Of a stretch of 39,230 bases of DNA, positions 25,201 through 35,746 are shown piece after piece (position 1 is the first letter of the stretch; every line of letters starts with the position of its first letter). Source of the stretch: Basidiobolus meristosporus CBS 931.73 (taxonomy: Eukaryota > Fungi > Basidiobolomycota); contig MCFE01000753.1 in NCBI GenBank assembly GCA_002104905.1, positions 1-39,230 of the forward strand. The letters are read 5' to 3'. The notes beneath the pieces are model-generated. The model was not told where the DNA came from, searched no databases, and saw only the letters and a program-made list of their open reading frames with translations. The position numbers and the translations under genes are program-made.

Positions 25201-27198
25201 CAGCTGCAGCCACTGATTCCACCCAAAAATCATAGGATAATTTTTGATCATGGATCATAGATCTTGCCATATCAGTTATTGATCTGTTTGTATGCTCAAC
25301 TACTCCATTTTGCTGTGGGGAATATGGCACAGAAGTCTCTTACTTTATCCTATGATTTTGCAGAAGTGGATGAGAATTTTGAGGTGTATTCTTCACCATT
25401 GTCAGAGCATATTTTCTTGATTTTTCACCAGCTTCTCTCTCCACCATGACTTTAAGCTTACTGAACTTAGACAGAGCTTCTTCCTTTCTTTCCATGCAGT
25501 AGACCCATGTGTATCCAGTATAATCATCAATAAAAGTGACTAAATACTTCACTCCACCTAGGGATGAACTTTGTACAGGTCAACACAGATCTGAGTGAAT
25601 TAGATCTTTTTTTCTTATTTTTGATTAACCTAAAGCTCTTTAACAGTTGTCTAGCTTGTTTCCCATATCTGAAAGCTTTACAGTACTCTAAATTAGCTGG
25701 GGGATCAATATTTACTCTACAAATTAGCTGATCATTGATCATTATGCCCAAATAATCAAAATTGATGTGCCCAAATCTCCTGCGGCAAAGAGTTGATGTT
25801 TCTTCATTTGAGGTACTTATATTGGCTTCCAGATATGATGGAATATAAGTCAATTTGGACAGTTCCTTCTCCCACTGCATAAAGTGTTCTATTTTCACCC
25901 ATGAAAACCTTCTTGGTTAGAATTTCTTGATATTGGGTAATGAGTTATTTTTGGTGTGTCAAGTTTTGGGATGCTCCAGAGTCAGTTTAACATGTCTGAG
26001 AATCCTTGTTTGTGGTCATATTTAGTGCAGATAGGAACAGTCTATCTTCAGTTGTTGCAGCATTTGCATATTGAGGCTTCTGTTGCTGATTATCTCTCTT
26101 TTTGATACACTAGTCTGATGTGTGTCCTTTCTTTTTGCAGTAGTTGCAAAGCAGGTTGCTGTTGCCTTTGTAAGGTGTTGGGTGCCTCCTTTGTTGGTTA
26201 TCACTGCTTATTAAGGCATTCTCTTCTGCCTTCTTGCTGGTGCTTGATTTTCTTAATTCTTCATCCAGGAGCCTTTTGTATACATAATTTAAGGTCAAAT
26301 CTTTAGTTTTGGACTCTGGAGCTGATCCAAGGCCCTGAAACCCATCTGTCAGGATATTCAGGATAGTTACTATCACATCCTCATCAGTAGTTGGCATGCC
26401 CACAAATTCCATCTCATCTACCAGCAGGGTATTACTGTTACATATTTTTCATTTCTTCTCCTGGCTGCATCTTTGTAATAAAGGACTATTGTCCCAGATA
26501 TATTTTCTTGGCAGCTGAACATGACTGGTAGGTGTCTTCTAATGCCTTACACACATTCTCTGTTGTTTTTGCTCTTGACCATTGAATTAGCAATTTGTGT
26601 TTAACATGAAGGCAAATGCAGCTAAACACACTTTGTTCCTTCTTCTGATACTTATGGCTTCCTTTCCCACATTCTCAGGAGGGCATTCTTCTTGCATGAA
26701 AATATTCAAAAGGCCTCTTTGTGGTGGCAGCATCTTCATCTTCACCTTCCATACTTGGTAGTTAGATCCATTCAGCTTTTCAGCAGAGGGGGAAATTCCA
26801 GTAATAGTAGAAGTGGACATTGCAGTCAGTGACAACTTGGGGCTTGTAACTTGTTGTAAGAGTCTTGGATATATTTGAAGTGATTGGGAGGACAAATAGA
26901 TTATGTGGTTCTCACCTAATAATATATTGAATATAAAAGTAGTATTTATCCCTTACTTGGTCTTGGCATTAAAAGCATGTAGAATAGGTTGAGGAAGGTC
27001 CCATGAATATGTGTGAAAAGTTTAGGGCTGTTTGACAACTATAAGAATTTTCATGTTCTGCATACCTGGTATTTTGGTGAAAATGTTCCAAGTAAGCCCT
27101 GACAAGGGATTTGGTCAGTATTCTCTAGGATTTGAAGATAATGATCAAAGTGACTAAGTTAGGTGAATATTTAGTTGGATTTGCAAACTTTTATAACA
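22215..27198 (-). mobile_element. Ty1/copia relic 3 (second LTR family), near full length
   Basis: gag (KLNGSNYQVW; CNYCKKKGH), DSGAS, RRFGHIN, YLVTFIDDYT, PYSPQQNGVVE, GCRWVFKTK..RYKARLVARG, YSDAD, KQPTVALSTTEAEY, ADIFTK. 5' LTR about 26917-27198, 3' LTR remnant 22218-22343, PPT at 22344-22352. Confidence 0.92.
22432..23164. mobile_element. 733-bp foldback (long-TIR) non-autonomous element with 3-bp TSD AAT
   Basis: Arms 22432-22777 and 22818-23164 are inverted copies (about 89% by manual count) around a 40-bp spacer. Termini are AGACTTGTTCC/GGAACAAGTCT, with AAT at 22429-22431 and 23165-23167. Removing it restores the copia codons ADIFTK. Confidence 0.92.
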
Positions 27199-27200
27199 GT

Positions 27201-27375
27201 AGGAAGCCAAGAAATGGTGTGCTCAACAGGAGGTAGAAGCTTTACAATGAGATATTTAATCATTCAGAGTGATAGTAGAGCATACATTTGGATATCTAAA
27301 GAGATTCAGCATATTGAGAGGTAAATACAGAGGAAAGTCATATACAGGAGTAAGAAGCAGATTAGGTAAATTGTA
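27201..27375 (+). pseudogene. PIF/Harbinger-ISL2EU-like transposase, 3' part
   Basis: RKPRNGVLNRR*KLYNE / RVIVEHTFGYLKRFSILRGKYR matches the DDE_Tnp_4 C-terminal pattern KP...L....YN....R..VE..FG.LK.F.IL. One frameshift. Confidence 0.72.
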
Positions 27376-27659
27376 AGATACTTACCAATGCACAGTGTAT
27401 CCATACCAGACAACATCACAGAGAAATGAGTCTGGAGAACTATGAAAAGTATCCTACAATGCCAGCATATGACTCCTAATGCTTCCAATGTGCTTATGGT
27501 GGAAGCAGTGTCAGAAGGCCACTTGAATAAATAATAACCAGTCCACCCAGTCCTTCACATGCACTGCTACATGTGCACCTGCATGTTGACTGGAGTATGT
27601 AAGTAGTACTTTGGGCAGCAGATACTCTGTAATGTTATGCATACTTTGTGATTTTTCTG

Positions 27660-30600
27660 GTATCTCAAGTATTGCAAATGCTTGCACTTGATTGATACTG
27701 GGTTTGGTACTTTGTAGCTTTGTAATACTTGTTGGACTACACCAGCTTCTTTAGATGGTGTAATCATGGAATATATAAAGAGTGTGAACAATGTTTTCTG
27801 CTTAAAGTGGTGGCCTCCAGACAAGTTGGACACCTTACAATGGTAGCATTCCCTGATGTGAGTGCCATGCAACTGTCAACACATTCTGGCATCAGGACAG
27901 TCTCTGAGTTGTATGTTGCCAGCTGCCTGAGGTTGTCCACTTGTACCATGAGCATAGTAAGTTGCATCCCAGAATGATTTTGGCAACAAGTAGTAGTGAA
28001 TCCTCCAAGCCCAAATTACAGATATTAGTGGAAATGCGCCACTTTGCTATCCACAACATCATATCACTGACCAGTAGATGGATGACTGGGCTCAATTGAC
28101 TCCAGAATGTATTGTTGGCATTTTTTTCCACAGGTGTTGTCTTTTTGCATAATGGGATTTTGCTGGGCTCATGCAGAGTACTCATGTTAGGGGAGATATG
28201 CTCACAATCCATCAGTGAGCTTTCTTCATCAGAGCTATCACTCTGCATGCCATATTCAGAAGGCTGGGGTGAGCCTAAAGGCATCACAAACTCACCTGAC
28301 TTAGCTTGTGCAAGGTATCAAGTACAGCCAGTGGCTTTTGTCAAAGTGTCAAGTGGCCAGAAAGATATTGTTGGTGCAGTAGTGACTGCTGAATAGTCAA
28401 ATATGACTTGTGGGGCAAAACACTGGCCATGATCCTTTTAATACTTCCTATGTTGTCTGCATGCTTCATGGCTGAGAGGCTTGCTACAACAGCCATATGG
28501 TCCTTTTTCTCTTCTCTTACAGCACTGAATCAAAGTAGTCTTGTCTATAGTGTAAACAGTCTGACACTCAACAACATAATGCTACTGTATCACTTGTTTG
28601 TCAAAGCACATGTGAATTCAAGACAGTCACGTATTTGAGATACAACACCTATGTAAATGTCAGATTCAATGATGACCTACCATAGTAAGTAATACAAAAA
28701 AGCTGTGGCACCACATACACATGCTTAAGTAACATCATTTCCCCTTTAGTTTGACTCACTTCCATATATATACCACCAAAAAAATAAAACAAAGTTGTCT
28801 GGTTCCCAACCAAACCCCACTGCTGACAGCAGCAGATGAACAGTTAGACAATAGCTTGCTTTGACATTTAGTGCTACAAGTGGGGCCACAACCAAAAAGG
28901 GCCTTGTTGACAGTGCGCCCTCTGAAGGTAATACTGCAGACTCCTGAGGCTTACAGTCATGTGGGCAATTGAGAATCTCTACAGAGCTGCAAGCTGACCA
29001 TTATGCTCAGGCAGACAAGAATGTAGCAAATGAGGTACCTTCAGTTAATGACCAGCAAGTGGCCATCATTACATCACACCACCCTTATTAGCAAGTATGT
29101 TGTCAGCTCATACCAACTTATCAATGAGGCAATTAGGCATAGTGGCTAATAAGATGGTTGCAATAGCCCAGAGAAATCAGAAAATAGTCTAGAAACAGGA
29201 TAAGCAGATACTATGTATAGAGCAGTCAATATCCCAGGTGGAGAAAGAGGTATCATTGCTACCAAGAAGAAACTTGATACCTTAATGTCAAAGCCAAGAA
29301 TTGAGTCATTTCCCAATGTAACTGAAGAGTAATGCCATACACTTTTTGAAGCACAACAACAATGCCTAAGGACAAGGCCCATGGAAAAACCTATCACAGC
29401 ATAGGAGGGGGAAGCTGTAGTGTTTATATCTAAGCCTAAAAGTCAACAGACATTGAAGAATTGTGAAGCCATTGGGTGCAATGATTGAGAGGGGTCTAAT
29501 ATTCAAGTGGCTGCTATAAGTCTAGCGCTCCAACACCTTAAGATCAGCATACCATGGGGCCATCAGGAGCTGAAGGCCAAGCAAAATGCGCTTCACTTGT
29601 TTCATGAGCATTATCCTGGATCCAAACAAGTATACAGACTTGGGCCAGCATTGGTGTGCCAAGAAAGTATCTCAAGATTAGCAGAAACAATTGAAGACTG
29701 AAGAACAAGGGTGCAATGGCCAAAACCCAGTGGCTTCCTCAAGAGCCCATTACAAGCAAGGCCAAAAACTCCAAGCTGGTGTTAAAGAGACATCAGGTAG
29801 CTGGAAGAGTGCCAATAAGGGACAAGCAGGTGGATACAGATGCAGCAGCACAATGTTTGTCAAGGAAAAAGTGTAGTTACAATCCAGCAGCACTCAGTCA
29901 AAGTAGCAGTTGAGGACCTGGCAAAGATAAAAACCAGCAATACCTCAGGAGGCCATCACAACTTGAGCTAAGAGCTTAAGAAAGACAGGAAAGAAGCATC
30001 AGGTTGCCTATAGAGTGCCAGCAATGGACAAGCAGGCCAAAACAGATGCATTAGAGCAGCATTTATCAGGGCAAAAATGTAGTTCAATACAAGAAGCACT
30101 TGGACAAAGTAGCAATGAATGACCTTGTAGTGATAATGGAAAAGGTAAAGGGAAAGGAGTCTACCCAAGCCAGAGACTGCAAAGCTTAAGAAAAACCTGC
30201 AGATCTTGCCAATTGATGCTGTAAGCCTAGGTACAGACTGAATCCCATCATAGCCAAGAAGAATGATCAACAAGAAAACAGCTGTTTTCAAAAGATTAGG
30301 AAGCCCAGGCAGATGAGCTACACTCCAGATAGGTAAATGAGTTTGCAGAGAAAGGCAATTTTTCTACTACAGCCTCCATGTCCTTCATTATGGACAGAGT
30401 TGAGATCCCTCTGACAGAGAAGTTAACAATGTCAAGAGCCCAGATGGCTATCATAATGCCTTCAATAGAATTTTGGAACATTAATAGGCTCACTAAGTGG
30501 TTGCAGCACTTCTTCAAGAGCATTGCTTGAGAAAACACACTTGAATATTGCAAGGATTTGATGCAAAGATTGGCAGATGTAGTACTAGACCTTGCAGTGT

Positions 30601-31149
30601 TGGCTGAAGACCAGGACATATAGGAACCTTTGAATGAACAGTGGAATAAAGCCACAGGGTTCCTACCAAAGTCATGGAAGCAGAGTGTTACCGCAGAAGT
30701 GCTTATTGAATGGTGGATCTTACTAGAGTTACTTGCTGTGTGTGGGGTTGGGCTTAATGTTAGTGTAGGGTATATGGACTTGAATAAGTCAATACAATTG
30801 GCAATTAAACTATAACTGAAGTTTCAACAGAAATGAATCAAGTTGTATACATGAAATATAAGAGAAACAGTTCAGTCAGGAAGTAAGGATTGTAAAAAAG
30901 AGGCTACTACCAATCAATGTACACAAATGTATGTGGCAATAGAGTATTTGGGACCAGAAAGTGAGAGAATTGGCAGAGCACCACTCAAAAGCTACTTATA
31001 AATTCTTATGATGAAAAGTTTTGACCAAGGTTTTTGTGAAATCTGAGGTGTGCTTACTTCTCAATGGTCTTTGCATGGTGTCCTGACAGTATCAATACCT
31101 CTTAGTCATGGAACTTAGAACTTGCAACAGCCTTTTGATGGGATCATCA
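27660..31149. mobile_element. CACTA-like copy E (transposase 5' part on minus, ORF2 on plus), heavily decayed
   Basis: Colinear reverse complement of 35440-38920. Shows VLMPECVDSCMAL..CPTC, MPLGSPQPSEYG and ORF2 fragments at 28760-30830. The subterminal GATCCCATCA is present but the terminal GTAGGG is lost. Confidence 0.87.
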
Positions 31150-31764
31150 TAATTATAACACATAGGCTTAGCAATGTACAAACTAATTTCTCAGTTGATA
31201 ATCCAAAGTATATCATTCACCTAATTGCTAGCTCATAATATATTAGTAGTTAGATGGACTCCTAATACTTCATTAGACTTCTTTATATGTACTTGCTCCA
31301 TTGCAAAGCCTAATTAAGTATCCAACTCTATACTGTGCTATTAATCTGATACAGTTAAATGTCTCATTGCATGGCCTCTACTCTCTTTTCAGCATTTGGT
31401 ACTGTAGCTTGCTGTCATCTTTAGTACATCCTACTCTAAGCTAACCCTCTCCATCATGGCTAAGTCTGCCATACCTTATTCTATACTATTGAGCTTGAGA
31501 TGGCCCTCTACTCAGAGTACTAATTATGTCTATTTTCAGCAAAGGACCTACTATATTGGAGAGTCAACCCTCAAAGTCAAAATGTATATCTAGCTACACA
31601 CTGTGAGCCTTGTGTTTGCATAGGTGAGTATTTTTCTGGCATCTAGAAGGTCTGTTATATCCTACCAGGAAGATGCTTGGAATAGTCCACTAGTGAAGCA
31701 TGCTGCTAAGCACTCTTTGAAATGTAAGTGTATTGGAGCTACAGGACCTTGTCTACCAAGTTAC

Positions 31765-33240
31765 TGTTGGAGGTCATGATATAAGAGTTGTAGAGGAATA
31801 GTGAGCTGAGTTTGTATTGTATTCACTAAAACTGGAGCTGATATTTATTGTGGTTCCAATAGCTCCTTATACACATTTTTCCAGGTCAATTGCTGACTTC
31901 TTGTATCTTCCAACATAGGCTGAGGCTGAAGAATCATTTACTAGAGTCATTATCATTACCCAACTATAACTTACATAATATATATACTTCTGACTGATTA
32001 GGATCTGCTGATGCATTTGCTTACTAATACTGCTGACATGATAGACAATTTTGACTCACTGATATGGTAAACAAAAACTTATTGCATGACTAAAAGCTGA
32101 TCTAACTTAGATACTCAAGTGTCAGATCATAACAATGGCAAAGACTGAATGTTAGTAGATTTTCATGCTTGAGTCTGTCTCTGTGAGCTATATCTTCTCA
32201 GATACTCTCTTTTCTGTCTACTTGTTAGTTTGTTTCAGGTGAATATTCTCTGATGATCCTGAATGATCCTGTTGATTGCGGCTCAAACTTCTTCCAGGTG
32301 TTGTTTCTTAACAATGCAAAGTTCCCAAGTAGCAAAGCCTGTTAAAGTGTCTGGTGATATGGTCTCATCAAATCTCAGCTTCAGCTTTACTGCACTTTTA
32401 GATATATTGGTCTGTACCTCCTGATGTTTTTGTTTAAATTGCTGGGCTCTACTAGGCAGACTGGGCTCAGCATCCAAGTTGTTGGTGAGCTCTGGTTGAA
32501 TGAGATCTCCTGGGATCACTTGTCAACATTCATACACAAAGTAAAATAGCAATTGTTGGGTAGTATTGTGCACCCATAATCTGCAGGCAAATAGTGCTTG
32601 GTCAATATACTTGTCCTCTCTACCTGATGCTCCATTAGCATATTTGGTCAGCATTTTTGTGGATAATTGCTCAACTACTCAGTGACATCATTAGTTCTAG
32701 CATGATATGCCAAAGTTTTCAAATGCTTAACTGCTACATCTCCAAGTAGGCTTCCAATGCTTTGCTTTAAAGTTTACTTCTCTATTATATAAGATCTCCA
32801 CATGGCATCCAAGCTTTATCAGGATCTTGTGGTAAGTAAAACTTGCAACTTCTTGCTAACTGGCTACTGATACAGCTCTAATCACCAGCCATTTGGGGAT
32901 ATTGTATTTGCTAATAAGGTCCATTGATTGCATTTCATAGTAGTGGGCAGTCTGCTAAAAGGGTCAGTTCCCCATCTCTTAAATTACCTTACAGGTGCCA
33001 AGGGAAAGGTTTGGCAATTCCCTGTGGTTGGCTTTGGTTAATTTAGCAAGTGAGGCATGTTCTCACTAGCTTTTCAATATCTTGCTTCTTTCTGGGCCAC
33101 CATGCTCTAGCTTCTACTAGGCTAAAGGTTTCATCAATTCCAAGATGTACATATCCATTGTGTAGCACTTATATGAAATTCAGGCAAGCAACATAAGGTC
33201 AACAGGCAGAAGGGTTTCCATTGATATATTGTAACACTAG
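31765..33240 (-). mobile_element. Gypsy fragment: integrase region plus LTR (31765-32134)
   Basis: The reverse complement of 32135-33240 matches 19490-20560. The LTR starts TGTTATGATCTG at 32134. No PPT is visible between the integrase and the LTR. Confidence 0.85.
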
Positions 33241-33696
33241 CACTAAGTCATATATGGCCTGTAGAAGGTGACTCTATGTGGCTGACAGCTGTGCATGGTT
33301 ACTCATGAGATTATTGTTGCTATGGATGGTGAAATGAGATCTTGCTGGGCAATGGTTTTTGCAGTAGCAAAGCAGCTTAGCAAGGTATCTCCTTAAGCAT
33401 ATTTTCAATATACTGTATTGAGCACTTAGCTCAGATCTCCTCTAGTTTGCCAATAGGTGATTCTATAGTGATGCTTGGATAAATTCTCAAGCATCATTCT
33501 GATAAGTGGGTAATAAAGTGATGGGTGGGCACTTCAATGCAGATCATTTCAGTTGGCTTGCTGATGTCAGGTTTATTTACCATTATGCTGAAGGAACTTA
33601 CCTTGAGCAATAATATGGTCAGTACTAGTATCATCTTATAACAAGTCAATAGGCAAGAAGAATTTTGCAACTGATGCAATCTAATGCATGTATATA

Positions 33697-35070
33697 TGTT
33701 GTGATCTGCTGCTTGATTATTTAGGTTGTGTTAGCTTCTGGTACAACTAGTTGGTCTCATGCCTAGCCTATCTGTATATGAGTGTTGGCCATCAAACTAG
33801 TAGTATTAGTCAGCAGATGAATCAAGAAAACCATTTGATACATAAAAAGATTTATAAACAAAATCAAAATTCAGGAATCAAGATTTAACCAAATGACTCA
33901 TCATATGTGATATACATCCGGAAATACCATTAATCAGCACTTGATCTGGCAAGTGCATATAGGCAGCTGCTCTAACCTCAAATAAAATCAGTTCAAGATT
34001 CAGTGAATGCAAGCTTGCTAAGCTCCCTGTTCCTCTAAAACTCTTATATCAAGACTTATAGCATAGGTGCAGCAATAACTAGTAACCTCCCTTCTGAAAA
34101 GAAAAGAAGCCTTCCTCAAAGTGTTGGATTGTCAAGATGAAAGAATGCTTTGCTGTAAATCCTGGCCCAACAGCAACAGTTACTCCAGATCTTTAGCCAG
34201 TAGCTGCAAGGAATGGTCACCATGGCCCTGAGCCAACAAGACCCTGTCACAAGCAGCTTTAGTGTGTATCTCAACCAGCACCATGGCCAAGTCAACCAGA
34301 ACCTGGGAACTTGGCTCTCTCCAGTTGAAGAAGCTTTTGGGCACAGGGCATTGACCTAGAAAGTAAGTTGTATTATGCAGCTTCTTACTCAGTAGATGCA
34401 GCTTTACCATGTATCACAATAATATCATATCAGCAACCATTTTGGAATGCTTGACACTTCCTGCACAGGATGAGTCTGTGTTTGAGATTCACAATTATTT
34501 TAACCCTCCACATCAGCAGTCAATGCTAAAAAAAATGCTGATGATACTTAGAGAGAAAAGGATTGCTGAAAAATACATTTATGAGTATAGTAATTCATTT
34601 GGACAAATTTAAAGAATGAACCCCCTTAATCAAGTGGAATGCTTTGTTGATGGGCTGAAGGAGAGGACTTTGGAGGAAGTCAACTTTAAAAGACCTCAGA
34701 CTGTTAAATAAGCCATTAAGCTTTCTTTTGACTATAACTCATCCTTTTACAGTGAGGAAGCCCACAATGACTAATCAGAGATATTACAATCACTATTAAA
34801 AAAGACAATCAGAAGCAGTACCAATGGATTCAGATGCTATGGAGAAGAATACCACCTCAAAAGCATGTAAGAGGAAAGGACTGTGTTCTTAATGCAATGA
34901 GTAAGGACATATCTCATAGGATTGCCCTCAGAGATGAAATGGTCACTAGTCAACTAGAACCTTCATTCACATCAAAGGCCTGGAGTATGGTATTGTGGAG
35001 GATGAACTTGAAGAAGACTTGCCCTATGAAGAATCATTACAATAATATGGTCAAATGGTTGTCACAAAAT
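33697..35070 (+). mobile_element. Gypsy fragment: 5' LTR (33697-34063), decayed PBS and gag
   Basis: TGTTGTGATCTG...TTATAGCA followed by TAGGTGCAGC. 34064-35030 matches 16430-17390. Confidence 0.85.
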
Positions 35071-35099
35071 TGAAATTGCATGACTAAAAGGTATTGATG

Positions 35100-35415
35100 T
35101 CAGTAGTGGAAAAAACCCATGCCAGATTTCACACAAAACTTGGTGAAATTATTCATCACAGCAACATATAAGTGGCTTTTGATTGGTTTACTGCCAATTC
35201 TCTCACTCTCTGATCTCAGACACCTAATCACATCCAAGTTTTTTGCACACAAATTAGTTATTGCCTCATTCTCACTCACCTTATCACCTGACTCAAACAA
35301 GGATCTTACCTTTCATGCACACAAAGAGTTTATTTCTTTTTAATCTTTAGTGGTAACTCAATTTCAATTATAATTGCCTATACAAGTCCCTATACCTAGC
35401 ACTGATATTAAGCCC
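35100..35415 (-). mobile_element. Old, diverged remnant (copy F) of the CACTA-like ORF2 3' region
   Basis: Similar to 35520-35835. ORF 35100..35300 shares ESG.K..E.EAI.N and SESE.IG..PIKSHLY with the frame downstream of ORF2 in copy G. Confidence 0.75.
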
Positions 35416-35439
35416 CCCTATGAAAAATTATTGAGATGA
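35416..35439 (+). repeat. Terminal sequence (putative TIR) CCCTATGAAAAATTATTGAGATGA
   Basis: Matches the end of copy A. CTATG versus CTACA implies an ancestral CCCTACG. The other TIR is outside the window. Confidence 0.65.
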
Positions 35440-35746
35440 TCCCGTCAAAAGGCCATCACAAAGTTGATGTCCCATGACTGAGAGGTACTGATCTTGTCAG
35501 GACTCCGTCCAGAGACCATTGAAAAATAATTGCACCCCAGATTTCACAAAAAACTTTGTCAAGATTTTTCATCATAACAATGTACAAGTGGCTTTTGATT
35601 GGTTCCCTGCCAATTTGCTCACTTTCTGATCCCGGACACTCTATTGCCTCCTACATTTGTGTGAATTGATTAGCTATTGCCTCTTTTTCACACTCCTTAC
35701 TTCCTGACTCAGCTGTTTCTCTTACTTTTCATTTGTACAAATTGAT

